The position numbers and the translations under genes were made by a program. A DNA stretch of 64,000 nt from the human T2T-CHM13v2.0 reference genome, Homo sapiens, in NCBI RefSeq assembly GCF_009914755.1, contig NC_060925.1; one strand, 5' to 3'. The notes under the pieces are model-generated. The model had not been told where the DNA came from and did no database searches. It worked only from the letters and a program-made list of their open reading frames with translations. This document shows, one piece after another, positions 1 through 13,899 of the stretch. Positions within the stretch are counted from its first letter, which is position 1. Each line of letters opens with the position of its first letter.

Positions 1-1300
1 ATATTCACGTATTTCATAAAATTTGAAAAGTTTTCTGCCATTATTTTCAGATATGCTCTCTGACCCTTCTCTCTATTCTCCTCTTTTGACTCTCATAATG
101 CATATGTTGGCCCACTTACTGGTGTCCCATAGATCTCTTAAGCTCTATTCACTTTTCTTCAATCTTTTTCACTTCTATTCCTCAGACTTAATAATTTCCA
201 TGATCTTATCTTCAAGTTAGTTGATTATTTTTTTGCCTGCTCAAATCTTCCTCTGAGTCCCTCTAGTGAATTTTTTATTTCAATTATTTTACTTTTTCAC
301 TCCAGAATTTCTTTTTAGCTTCTTTTTAAGTTTTCTGTCTTTTTCTTGGTATTTCAATTTTGTTTATACATCATTTTCTTATCTTTTCACACATCTTGCT
401 CAAGTACTTTGACCATTTTTAAGACAGTTGTTTTAAAGTCTTTGTTTAGATTATCTGCCTTTAGGTCTTTTGCAGGTACAGCTTATGTTGATTTTCTTAA
501 TGTGTCATACTTTTCTATTTCTTTGTATGTCTTGTGATTTTTTTTTTGCTGAAAATTATTCATTAAGATCTAATAGTGTATTAACTCTGAAAATTATATT
601 CTCTCCTTTTTCCAGAATTTGCTGTTTTTGCTATTGCTTTTGGTTATTTTTAAAAATTGTTGTAGGCTCTCTCTATGCCGTCAATCAGCCTAAGATGTAA
701 ACTTAATGTCTTTTCAGAGCCTGTGCCTTCCCCTGGCATAATAACTGTCTAATTTTTCCCATGTATGCAATATCTTTGGCATGACCTAGTCTTTAATGTC
801 TGGCTCTCAAAGGAGGAAAAGAAAAAAATAATAAAGTAGAGAGAAAGGCATTAGCTCTTTAAATGCCTTGGAAGTCACTTACACTGGAAGGGGAGAGACT
901 TGTAACAATGAGGGGTGATACAAAAACAATAGCTGCCTGCTTATTTGTACACATCTCTGTGATCAGGAGCAGCAACCAATGATCAGAGCACAGATTCCTA
1001 ACATGTGGAGGACAGGGTCCTTTTTTACCCACTCTGGCTTCCCCAAATTAAGTGCAGTTTGCTCCAGAAACAGTGCACAGTTGCCTGCCACAGAGCTGGG
1101 TTGGGGAATGAGTAGCTGCTCCTGTGCTGAAATTGACCAAAATTAACCAAAATTTACCATCCAAGCCTGATCCTGGAAACCAACAGACTCCAAGATTCCA
1201 AAATATTTACATGAGACAGATTCTGCCAAAGCAATTGTAGTCTAGGTGGGAAGACAGATTCCTGGTGCTTCCTCCTCTTCCATCTTTCCAGAATTATCTC
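1..1300 (-). mobile_element. Ancient L1M (L1MC/L1MD-type) 5'UTR plus ORF1 remnant, running off the window start
   Basis: Bases 1-700 are T-rich and resemble antisense ORF1 of old L1M elements. The minus strand at about 1290-1200 reads ggaaagatggaagagg...gaagcaccaggaatctgtcttcccacctagac, typical of an L1M 5' end. Confidence 0.7.
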
Positions 1301-1301
1301 A

Positions 1302-2165
1302 CTGGTAAATGTTTAACAACCAATTTCCTCCTAAAAATGTATGGATAGCCATACATACATGAGTTGATTATAAATTTCACTAATATAAAAGATGTGTAGC
1401 ATATAATTTACAAATAATAATTATATATATTCTTTGTTATACATTTCATACAGATAATTGATTCTCATAGAATGCTTTCTTTGATTTTTGCCAACTCTTG
1501 TAGAATTATTGCAATCTATGGCTGCAATTGATAAATGAATGCAGTTCTGACATAAATGTTAGTTGATATTTTCATTTACCTCCATAAGTAATACAAAATG
1601 AAACAATGAAGACATATGTTGGAAATTCACTCATTTATTAATGACAGAAATGACTTCTTCACTGAATGAGGTAATAGCTTTCAAATAGTCAGTGAATATT
1701 CTCACAATTTTTTGTGCTATTCACAATATAACAGTGATAGTTATGGCACACATTTAAATTTAATCTTCATTATTAACCTTTTTCCCATAATTCTCTTAAA
1801 TATAGACAATCAGCAAAGCAATAAATAAAGCCATGATTTGTAATGTTTGCCAATTTTAGTGGTGTAAATACTGTCATCATGGCTGATTTCACATGACCAA
1901 TGTGCTCTCACTGAACATGGAGTTGTAACACAGTATTGTATAGTATTTTTACTGCAGGGATTAAATAGACATAAACTCAATAATATAGATAATAGTAAAA
2001 TAAAATAATTAGGAAGTGATGCAGTTTGAGTATTTATTATCATTTTAATATAATTTATATTTTATTCAGTTTATATAGGTACACACAAAATTTTATAATT
2101 TAATTTTTAATATTGTCTGTGTTTAACCACTAGATTGCAAAATTCCTAAAAATTTTAGTTAATTC
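1302..2165. mobile_element. MER63-like (hAT-Blackjack) DNA transposon fossil
   Basis: Starts ctggtaaatgtttaacaacc, contains ttgtaatgtttgccaat...tgtaaatact...catggctgatttc, and ends ttgcaaaattcctaaaaattt. All three match recalled MER63 motifs. Confidence 0.65.
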
Positions 2166-5100
2166 TAGCTATATTTTGACATACATAATGGTGCTAAACA
2201 AATGTAATATATTCTTATTGAGAATAATGGCAAAAAGGTCCAATTCAAGTATGCTAAAAAACCAGATATTTGGCTTTGGATCTTCAGAATAAAAAAAAAA
2301 TGTGGATCACATTGAAACAAAAATTTGAATTCTACTTGCTTCACACACACAGAGAAAAATTGTCACCTAGAATTTCCCTTATCTACTGTAAAACATAGCA
2401 TTAGACATTTTTAGCTTTTCTGAAAGTAATTATAAGCTTTTATTCAGTAAGTTTAATAAGAGTGGTCATTTATTATAAAATGGACAGAAGAGGATAGGAA
2501 GATCAAATTATAGTTTTTGGTTTTGGTGTTGTAAAGACACATCTCCTAATTGCATCACACATTTTCTTACTTTTTACTATCGATATATTTATATTGGTTA
2601 ACCCTTCTAATAATTGCTTATAGTTCTACAGCTCTCTAACATGTTGAAACACTCATTTATTTAACAAATATTGATTGAATGCTTATTAAGTATAGTATGC
2701 TATTTCATTTAGGAATAACAATAAGTTTTGTGGAATAGGCAGAAATTTTAACCTCCTTTATACTTGCAGAAACCAAGGCCCAAAGTGGCTTAGTGATTTT
2801 TCTCCAAAGTCAGAGATTAGAACTTAAGAAGAACCTTGACCAGCTGGTTTAGCGTTTCTTCTCAGTATCAGTCTGGGTCTGCATAAAAGTTCACTTACGG
2901 AAAATTGCTAAATTTTGAAAGACGATCCAGTGTCCTAATTCGTTCAGCTAGTAAAGTTCATTTATTAAATTTTTTAATTGTTTAACAACTATTTATTGAG
3001 CTCATATTGTTCGCTGAGCACTGTTCTAGACCCTATGGTTAGAGCTCTGGTTATTCAAAATCATTAGTTGGGATGAAAATAATAACATGCTTGTCCAAAA
3101 AAAAAAAAAAAATCAGTTGCTCTGTAAAGTCACTGAAACTTTTGAATCTTTGTAGGGTGATAATTTGTATCAAATTCTGCACTGTAATTCTAATAGCTTC
3201 TATGATATGACTGGAATTTAGTGTAATAGTAAGGTAGATTATGCTGAATTATGGAGTGTTATATGCCAACATAAACATTTTCTTATTAACTTTATACTAT
3301 TTTTTTCTGATTAAAAAATGATGCCGTCAGCCAGACTAACGAAAAAAGGGAGAAGACCCAAGTAAATAAAATCAGAGAAGAAAAAGAAAACGTTACGATT
3401 GATATTGCAGAAATCCAAAGGATCATTATTGGCTACTGTGAGCAACTATATGCCAATAAATTGGAAAATCCAGTGGAAATGAATAAATTTCTAAACACAT
3501 ACTACCTACTAACACTGAACCATGAAGAAATACAAAACCTAAGCAGACCAATAGCAAGAAACAAGACTGAAACCATAATAAAATGTCTTCCAGTAAAGAA
3601 AAGCACAGAATCTGATGGATTTACTGCTGAATTCTACCAAACACTTAAAGAAGAACTAATGCCAATACTACTCAACTATTCTGAAGAATACAGGAGGAGG
3701 AACTCTAAACTCATTTGACAAGGCCAGCATTACCCTGATACCAAAACCAGACAAAGATAAATCAAAAAAAGAAAACTACAGGTCAGTGTCTCTGATGAAT
3801 AATGATGCAAAAATCCACAACAAAATACCAGCAAACTAAATTTAACAATACATTTAAAAGATCACTCATCGTAATCAAGCGGGTTTTATCCCTGGGATAC
3901 AACAATGGTTCAACATATGCAAATGAATCGGTGTGATACATTATATCAGCAGAATGAAGAAGAAAGATCATGTAATCATTTTAATTGATGCTGGAAAAGC
4001 ACTTGATAAAATTCAACATCCTTTCATGCTTAAAAAAATTTAAAAAACTGAGTGTAGAAGGAACAAACTGCAACATAATAAAATGTGTATATTACAGACT
4101 CATAACTAGTGTTATACAGAAGAGGGAGAAACAGAAAGCATTTTCTCTAAGATCTGTGAGACAAGCATGCCCACTTTCACCACTGTTATTCAACATAGTA
4201 CTGGAAGTCCTAGCTATAGCAATTAGACAAGACAAAGAAATAAAGGGCATTCAAATTGGAAAGGAAGAGGTCAAATTATCCTTGTTTGCAGATAATATAA
4301 TTACATATTTGGAAAAACCTAAAGACTCCATCAAAAAACTATTAGAACTAATAAACAAATTCAGTAAATTTGCAGGATACAAAATCAACCTATAAAAATC
4401 AGTAGCATTTCTGTATGCCTGCAGTGAGCAATCTGAAGAAAAATGTAATCCCACTTAAAATAGCCACAGAGAAAATTAAATACCAGGGAATTAACTTAAC
4501 CACATAAGTGAAAGATCTCTACAATGAAAACTGTAACATACTGATGCAAGAAATTGAAGAGGACACAACAAAATGGAAAGATATTCCATGTTCATCAATT
4601 GGAAAAGTCAATATTATTAAAATGTCCATACTACCAAAAGAAATCTAGAGATTCAATGTAATTCCTATGAAAATACCAATAACATTCTTCACAGAAATAT
4701 AATAAACAATCCTAAAATTTATATCAAACCACAAAAGACCCAGAATAGCCAAGCTAGTGTGTGCAAAATTAACAAAACTGAAGGAATCATATTACCTGAC
4801 TTCAAACTATACTACAGACCTATAGTCACCAAAACAGCATGATACTGGCATAAAAACATACACATAGACCGATGAAACAAGATAGAGAACCCAGAAACAA
4901 ATTCATATGCCTACAGAACTCATTTTTGACAAAGGTGCCAAGAACATACACTGGGGAAAAAGATAGTCTCCAATAAATGGTGCTGGAAATACTGGATATC
5001 CATATACAGAAGAATTAAAGTAGACCCTTATGTCTTGCTATATACAAAAACCAAACGAAAATGAATTAAAGACTTAAACCTAATACTTCAGTCTATGAAG

Positions 5101-5313
5101 CTACTGAAAGAAAACATTGGGAAAACTCTCCAGGATATTGAACTGGGAAAATATCTCCAGGATATTGAACTCCTTGAGTAATACCCACAAGCCCAGAAAA
5201 AAAAAAAAAAAGGAAAATGGGATCACATCAAGTTACAAAGCTTCTGCATAGCAAAGGGAACAATCAAGTGAAGAGACAACCCACAGAATGGAAGAAAATA
5301 TTTGCAAACCATC

Positions 5314-7578
5314 TGTATTAGTCCATTTTCACACTGCTGATAAAGACATACCCGAGATTGGGAAGAAAAAGTCTTAATGGACTTACAGTTCCACATGGCT
5401 GGGAGGCCTCACAATCATGGTGAAGTGAAAGGAGAAGCAAGTCACATCTTGTGCAGGGAAACTCTCATTTTTAAAACCATCAGCTCTCGTGAGACATATT
5501 CACTGTCTCAAGAACAGCACAGGAAAGCCCTGCCCCAATAATTCAATTATCTCCCACTGGGTCTGTTCCACAGCATGTGGGAATTATGGAAGCTGCAAGA
5601 TGAGATTCGGGCGGGGACACAGAGAATCAAACCATATAATTCTGCCCCAGACCCTTCCAAATCTCATGTCTTCACATTTCAAAACCAATCATGCCTTCCC
5701 AACAGTCCCCCAAAGTCTTAACTCACTTCAGCATTAACTCAAAAGTCCACAGTCCAAAGTCTCATCTGAGACAAGGCAAGTCCCTTCACCTCTGAGCCTG
5801 TAAAAATCAAAAGGAAATTAGTTACTTCCTAGATACAATGGGGGCACAGGCAGTGGGTACAAGCATTTCTCCCATTCCAAATGGGATAAATTGGCCAAAA
5901 CAAAGGGGCTACAGGCCCCGTGCAAGTCCAAAATCCAGCAGGGCAGTTAAATCTTAAAGCTCCAAATGATCTGCATTGACTCCATGTCTCATATCCAGGT
6001 CACGCTGAAGCAAAAGGGGGATTCCCATAGTCTTGGACAGCTCTGCCCCTGTGGCTTTGCAGTGTATAGCTCCAGTCCTGGCTGCTTTCATGGGCTGGCA
6101 TTGAGTGTCTGTGGCATTTCCAGGTGCACAGTGCAAGCTGTCAGCAGATTTATCATTCTGGGGTCTGGAGGAAGGTGGCCCTCTTCTCACAGCTCCACTA
6201 AGTGGTTCACCAGTAGGGACTGTGTGTGGGGGCTCCAACCCCACATTTCCCTTCTGCACTGCTCTAGCAGAGTTTCTCCATGAGGGCCCCGCCCCTGCAG
6301 CAAACTTCTGCCTGAGCATCCAGGCATTTCCATACATCCTCTGAAATCTAGGCAGAGGTTACCAAATCTCAATTCTTGACTTCTGTGCACCCACAGGCTC
6401 AACATCACATGGAAACTGTCAAGGCTTGGGGCTTTCACCCTCTCAAGCAACAGTCCAAGCTGTACCTTGGCCCATTTTAGCTATGGCTGGAGTAAGTGAA
6501 ACACAGGGTACCAAGACCCTAGGCTGCACAGAGCAGGAGTCCCGAGGCTCTGGCCAAGAAACCATTTTTCTCTCCTAGGTCTCCAAATCTGTGATGGGAG
6601 GGGCTGCCATGAAGACCTCTGACATACCCTGAAGACATTTTTCCCATTGTCTTGGTGATTAACATTTACCTTCTCATTACTTATGCAAATTTCTGCAGCC
6701 AGCTTGAATGTCTTCTCAGAAAATGGGATTTTCTTTTCTATCTCATTGTCAGGCTGCAAATTTTCTGAACTTTTATGCTCTGCTTCTCTTATAAAATCGA
6801 ATGTCTTTAGCAGCACCCAAGTCACATCTTGAATGCTTTGCTGCTTAGAAATTTCTTCTGCCAGATACCCTAAATCATCTCTCTCAAGATTAAGGTTACA
6901 CAAATCTCTACAGCAGGGGCAAAATGCCACCAGTTTCTTTGCTAAAGCATAACAAGAGTCAGCTTTGCTCTAGTTCCCAACAAGTTCTTCATCTCCACCT
7001 GAGACCACCTCAGCTTGTATTTCATTGTTCCACATCATTATCAGCATTTTGGGCAAAGCCATATAACAAGTCTCTAGGAAGTTCCAAACTTTCCCACATT
7101 TTCCATTCTTCTTCTGAGCTCCCCCAGACTGTTTAAACCTCTGCCTGTTACTCAGTTCCAAAGTCACTTCCACATTTTCAAGTATCTTTTCAGCAATTCC
7201 CCACTCTATTGGTATCAATTTACTGTATTAATTCATCTTCTTGCGGCTGATAAAGACATACCCAAGACTGGGAAATAAAGGGGTTTAATTGGACTTACAG
7301 TTCCACATGACTGGGGAGGGCTCACAGTCATGGCAGAAGGCAAGAAGGAGCAAGTAGCCTCTTACCTGGATGGTGGCAGGCAAAGAGAGAGTTTGTTCAG
7401 GGAAACTCCTGTTTTTAAAACCATTAGATCTCATGAGATCTCACTATCACAAGAACAGCACAGGAATGACCTGCCCCCATGATTCAATTATCTCCCATCG
7501 GGTTTCTCTCACAACACATGGGAATTATGGGAGCTACAAGATGAGATTCGGGTGGGGAGACAGAGCCAAACCATATCA
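5314..7578 (-). mobile_element. Complete THE1 (MaLR) provirus: LTR 5314-5639, internal 5640-7223, LTR 7224-7578
   Basis: Both LTRs run tgtatta...aaaccatat(a/c)a. Minus-strand ORFs 5954-6337, 6481-6930 and 6970-7218 match the MaLR internal ORF (ERDDLGYLAEEISKQQSIQ). TSD is ccatc/ctacc. Confidence 0.95.
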
Positions 7579-8574
7579 CTACCAATCTGATAATGGATTA
7601 ATAACCAGAATATAGAAGGAGCTCAAACAACTCTATAGGAATGCTCTAGGAATTTGTTACTATAAATTCCAATAATCCAATTAAAAATGGACAAAATATT
7701 TGAATAGACAATTCTCAAAAGAAGACATACAAGTGGCAATAGGCATATGAAAAGGTGCTCAGCAGCACTGATAATCAGAGAAATGCTAATCAAAACTACA
7801 GTGATATATAATCTCACCCTGGTTAAAATGGCTTTCATCCAAAAGACAGGCAATAAATGCTGGTGAGGATGTGGAGCAAAAGAAACCCTTGTACACTGTT
7901 GGTGGGAATGTAAATTAGTACAACCACTAAGGAGAACAGTTTGGATGTTCCTCACAAAACTAAAAATAGAGCTACCATATGATACAGCAGTCCCACTGCT
8001 GGGTATATACCCCAAAGAAACGAAATCAGTATTTTGAAGAGATATCTGCATTCCTATGTTTTTCGCAGCACTGTTGACATTAGTCAAGATTTGGAAGCAA
8101 TGTAGATTTTCATCAACAGATGAATGGATAAGAAAATGTGGCACTTATACATAATAAAGTACTATTCAGCCATAAAAAAGAATGAGATCTTGTCATTTGC
8201 AACAACATGGGTGGAACTGGAGGTCATTATGTTAAGTGAAATAAGCCAGGCATAGAAAATCGAACATCATATGTTCTCATTTATTTGTGAGATGTAAAAA
8301 TCAAAACAATTGAACACATGGAGACAGAGAGTAGAAGGGGTGGGGAGGGGAGGTGGCGATGGTTAGTGGTTAATAAATAAATAGAAAGAATGAATAAGGC
8401 CTAGTATTTGATAGCACAATGGGGAGACTATAGTCAAAATAATTGTCCATTTTAAAATAACTAAAAGAGTATAATTGGATTGTTTCTACTACAAAGAATA
8501 TATTCTTGAGGAGATGGATACCACATTTACCCTGATGTGATTATTACATGTTGCATGCCTATATCAAGATATCA

Positions 8575-8926
<352 letters not shown>

Positions 8927-9180
8927 CTACTATGAATCCACAGAAATTGAAAATGAAAAAATAAAAATAAAAGTAAATTATGCCATATGCTTATGGTCAA
9001 AAATTGTATAAATGTAGAAGAGAAGCAATAACAAGAACAAATCAGCTTTTTTACCCTAACATCTATATGTGATCCATTGTTAATATTTTAATGTTTCCTT
9101 TCATACACACAATACATACACACATATATATGTATATTATGTAACTGTCATTATATATATATATATAATTCATTTATATA

Positions 9181-9498
9181 AAGTCATGCATCACATAATG
9201 TTTCAGTCAATGATGAATTGAATATAAACAGTGGTTCTATAAGATTATAGCAAAGCTGAAAAATTCCTATGCCTAGTGATTTGTGCTACAAATTCCTACA
9301 GTATTCAGTCCATTAACATGCTGTGCAGGTTTGTAGCCTAGGAGCGATAGGCTATACCATGTAGCCTAGGTGTGTGGTAGGCTCTAATATCCGGGTTTTT
9401 GTAAGGAAGTTATACTCCATGATGTTCGCATAATGGCAAAATCACCTAATGACACATTTCTTAAAATACATCCCCATCATTAAGGGACACATGAGTAT
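9181..9498. mobile_element. Tigger3/MER7-type TcMar DNA transposon
   Basis: Degenerate (c)agtcatgc...catgagta termini flanked by TA, and internal ggtttgtagcctaggagc.ataggctatacc. Confidence 0.85.
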
Positions 9499-10516
9499 AC
9501 CACCTTTAACATAAATAGTATAAAACACAAATATTTTTTAATGTCATCATATATGCTTCAAAGACAACCTTTATGTACTTGTGTAATATTTAATCGTGTA
9601 GATTTACTATAAATTAACTTAGCCAGACATTAAGCTATTTTCAATGTTTTATTATTATAAGTAATATGATACTAAAATATGTATCATAGCTTTTTAAAAA
9701 CTTTTGATTATTTTCTCATGCTATTTGTGGAAAATAAATTTTAAGTCCACAACTCGTGAATTTTTAAAGGCTCTTGGTACCTATTTCAAATTTTTTTTTT
9801 CAACAGCTTAAACCAAATTGCTTTCCCAGCAATACAGCGTAGGAGTGTGGATTTCCTTGCATTCTTGCCTACGCTGAACATTCATTTCACAAAATATTTC
9901 CACTTGGTAGATAAAAGATATAACATGGATTTGATTTGCTTTTCTTTGATTACTAATAAACTTTATTTTATAAGATTATTTGTCCTTTCTCTGTCTTTTA
10001 AAGTTATTGTTTCACTGCCTTTGCTCATTTTATTTTTTTAAGGGTCTTTTTAGTTATTTTAAACTTTTTTTTCCTATTCTGGAACCTATAGAAAAATTTT
10101 GAGCAGGGAGGTGATATATGATCAGATCTGTTTTCTTTTTCTACTTAACAGTGTAAAACATTTTGAATAAAACATATGGGGATAAATTTAAGCATATTTA
10201 CATAGTACTAGTCTCACATGTATGCATTTCTCCCTTTTTAAATAAATTAAATTAAAATTTTTAAGCTGCCAAGTGGCACAGACTGGCAATATACATACTC
10301 CTTAAGTTACACAACAGTCAAGCAGCTAAAGTCACGATTTATGTATGTGTGCCCAATTAGAAAAGAGGCTGGTGCCAAGATAATCACAAATTTGCCATAA
10401 ACTAAAGTTCATTACTGTTACATGAGAAAAGATATTGGAAGAACTTCTTTTATTTGTTCCAGTTGTCCTAGAAAAGAAAAAGGATTATGAGAAACATTTC
10501 ATATGAAAGCACAGCT

Positions 10517-11070
10517 AACATTTATTAAATGCTGACTAAACATGTAACACTTAAATACATGTATTAAGTAATTTAATCTTCACAACAATCTATGAAATAG
10601 CTCCTGTCTTTCGTTCCATTTTATGGATTAAGAAACTGAGGCACAAGGCTGGGCGCGGTGGCTCACTCCTGTAATCCCAGCACTTTGGGAGGCCGAGGCA
10701 GGTGGATCACGAGGTCAGGAGATGGAAACCATCCTGGCTAACACGGTGAAACCTCTTCTGTACTAAAAATACAAATACCAAATTAGCCAGGCATGGTGGC
10801 GGGAGCCTGTAGTCCCAGCTACTCGGGAGGCTGAGGCAGGAGAATGGCGTGAATGCAGGAGGCGGAGCTTGCAGTGAGTCGAGGTCACGCCACTACACTC
10901 CAGCCTGGGCGACAGAACGAGATCCATCTCAAAAAAAAAAAAAAAAGAAAAAAAAAAGAAACTGAGGCACAAGTTCAAGTGACTTTCCCAAGGTGATTTA
11001 ATAAGTAAGTGATAGAGCTGGGTTTTGATTCGAGGCAAACTGGCCTTGGAATTTATACAACCTCCTTGCT
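10517..11070 (-). mobile_element. MIR split by AluY
   Basis: aacatttattaaatgct...tttaatcttcacaacaatctatg...gaaactgaggcac [Alu] aagtgactttcccaagg. Confidence 0.75.
10647..10955 (+). mobile_element. AluY
   Basis: Y diagnostics (gatcacgaggtcaggagat, accatcctggctaacacgg, gagaatggcgtgaa, ggagcttgcag). Perfect 17-bp TSD aagaaactgaggcacaa (10630-10646 / 10956-10972). Confidence 0.95.
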
Positions 11071-11109
11071 AGTAGCCTTTTGATTTCAATTCCATTTAAC
11101 CTTTCAATT

Positions 11110-12170
11110 CAATTTAACTGCATTTACTGAACAGCTGCATACTAGACACTGTAAACAACTTATGGAGAGAAAAGATAAATAAGGTATAGTTCCTTATTCT
11201 AAAAGTGCAGACAAATGAAGGTGACATGCCCATAAAGAGTGGCAAATAATGTGGAAAAGGCAGAGGATTTTACGGAAGCAGAAGGGAAGTGTACTACATT
11301 TAGTCTCTGAGAGATAATATCTGAGCTGGGGTCAAAGAATGAGGAGAAGTTAGTCAGGTGAAGAAAGAGAAACAACAATTTGAGTAGATGTTGACAAATG
11401 TTGTCAATACCTCTTATGAGTTAGTTTTGTGCTGAAAGCTGGAAATAAAACACTGAACAAATCAGAAAAGTTTTCTGCACTAAAAATGAGTGTATGTCAG
11501 CTACTAAATTAGAAATCAAGAGGATATAGATTGTGAACAATACTACGAAGAAAGCAAATGAGAAAACAAGGTACTAGAGAGAAAAAAACTGGGAATGGGT
11601 TTTAAGTGAGGTGCTCAGGTAAGGACTGTCTACGAGCTAGTCATGTGGAGATCCAGAGAAAACCAGATCTCCACGTGAGAGGCCACAGCAAAAGTAAAAG
11701 CTCTAACATAGAAAAGAGTTTAATATGTTCTGGAAGGTGAAAGAAAGCCAAAGAGGGTATAGCACAGTGAGCAAGAAGTGGCAGAGGATGCCTGAGATAT
11801 CGGCAGAGCCAAATTTTACAGCCGCTTGTAGGTGGTAGTAAGGAGATTATATTTATCTTATGTGCATTAGAGAGTTATTGACAGGCTTTGAAGCCGGGGT
11901 CACTACATCATCTCATTTCTCATTCAGGCTGTTTGCGGAGAGAATGGATTAAGCAGGGCACAAGCAGAAGCTGAGAGATCTTCAAGGAGGCCTTGGTTGG
12001 TGGTCCAGCTGAAATATGGTGAAGAAACAGATGCCATACTAAGGAACTTGAACTTTCTTTTGCAAGTGATAGAGGCTCCTGGAGAGTATTTTAGCAGGGA
12101 AGTTACGTGACATAAATTGGGGTTTAGATAGATCACTTTATTAAAGTTATGGAGAACTGAGGGAAACAAA
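11110..12170 (-). mobile_element. Several L2 fragments
   Basis: Purine-rich, L2-antisense-like sequence (catttactga...agacactg; gagagttattgacaggctttgaagc; ggagagtattttagcaggga...agatcact). Boundaries are approximate. Confidence 0.55.
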
Positions 12171-12939
12171 ATCACTTGTCAGAAAATTTTTCCAGCACAT
12201 TGTGGATACATAACAGAATTTATATGTGTGATTATAAATACGTATTTTTTTTCCAAATGAGGCTTTCTTTCTGGAGATACAGAAGACTCTCAAAAGACAT
12301 TATAAACATATAATTTGACTTCTTTCTCTCTTTCATGAGGACTCAGGTCTTGACAGAGTACTTCCAAAGTAGATTTTTGTCATCTCTTAGGGTTAACATC
12401 TAGATTTCTGCTTCAGAGAGGAGCTGATGTGACTGCAGCAGAGAGGAAAATGGTGAAAGAGAGCTGTTATATAATTGTCTCTTCCCTGTTTAGTGGACAA
12501 ACTGTCAGATGACTCTCTAGCAATGATCATGAGGCCCTTGACAATCTGGTCACCATTATCCTTCATTTGTAATTTGAATGCTAGGTAAAGGGGACCCCTG
12601 CCCTGGACCCCTGATTTGGACCCCACATGTTAAATTTGTCAGATAGCATGAATGCAGTTGATGCTTTCATAAGAAAGTATTGCTTCCCAGGAGTTCTGAG
12701 CATCTGTTTTGCTTCTCTTTGCCTTCCAGTTTGTACTTCTGGAAGCACTCATATGTAGTGCTGAGCTCACTACAGTTGTACACAGCAGCCAAGGAGCATT
12801 TTTCAAGGTTAAACAATTCAACTTACTCTTATATTTGTTATATAGAGGTTTAGGTGTAACATGTATGAAGCATGATACCAATTCTTTTCATTGGCAAAGA
12901 GGTGGACACAAAAACTAGAATTGTATAAGGTTCAATTTT

Positions 12940-13440
12940 TGGAAAAACATTTAATAATATTATTAAAATTTAAATTTTTTGAAATTAAATAATGAAAATG
13001 CTCATTTTAATTATAGCTTTTAATTTTAATTAAATATATTTCATTAAAATACTTTTAAACATCAAATACAATTTTCAACTTTAAATATTTTTATTAAATA
13101 TTTGAATATTTGGTAAAATATATTTGATAAATGATATACTAAATATTTTAACTAAATATATTTAATATATCAATATTAAATATTTGATTATGTATTTGAT
13201 GAATATCAGTGAATTTTTTAATATCAAATAGTTGAATATCAACGTGATTTGTTCACCAACTACAATTTTATTTTATCTTTTAATTTTAATAGATAATTTT
13301 TAATATTTTAAAATATATTTTTATATTTTAAACTTTGTTAAGTTTGTTAAGTAATTTTTATTTTTATATTTGTTTAGTTTGTGCTGTTGATGAAATACAT
13401 CTAATATTTAATATTTTGAATATAATTATATTTTATTTGT
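12940..13440. repeat. AT-rich low-complexity tract
   Basis: About 500 bp almost entirely A/T, with recurring aaatattt. Confidence 0.8.
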
Positions 13441-13820
13441 TGATTCTGTAAGTTGCTATTAATGGAAAACAAGTACGTAAAAGCTTGTTTATAACAACAC
13501 AGTGATTTTGCTGAATTGAAAGTAAGAAAATACCATAAAATAAATATATAATAATTTATGAATTGTCTTTATTTTATGACTCATACAAACATTGCTGGTC
13601 CATCCCCAGAAATGTCCAATAGTAATTAAAGTTAATTATCTGTGTTTTTTTGCCCAATTTTAGTAATATAAAGCTATACCTTTATATATATCTTCCAATT
13701 ATGTTGTTATAAAGATACATTTGCAAAGTAAGAGATGGTATATTTTTTAGCTTGATTTATAATTTTTACATATTTAGACATGATACAGGGGCCTCCATGC
13801 ATCCTTGTCCTAGGCATGGC
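13440..13820 (+). mobile_element. hAT-Tip100 (Zaphod/MER115-like) 3' end
   Basis: 13504 translates DFAELKVRK, like a hAT transposase C-terminus. Terminus reads gggcctccat...gcaaatgttagaggagggcctg. Confidence 0.6.
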
Positions 13821-13899
13821 AAATGTTAGAGGAGGGCCTGTTGATACTCACACACATTTCTGCTATATGGAGGCTTCACAGCTGCCTGAAAAACTCTGC

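Noticed and set aside
5954-7218. Minus-strand ORFs as a host gene
   Set aside because: They are frameshifted pieces of the THE1 internal ORF.
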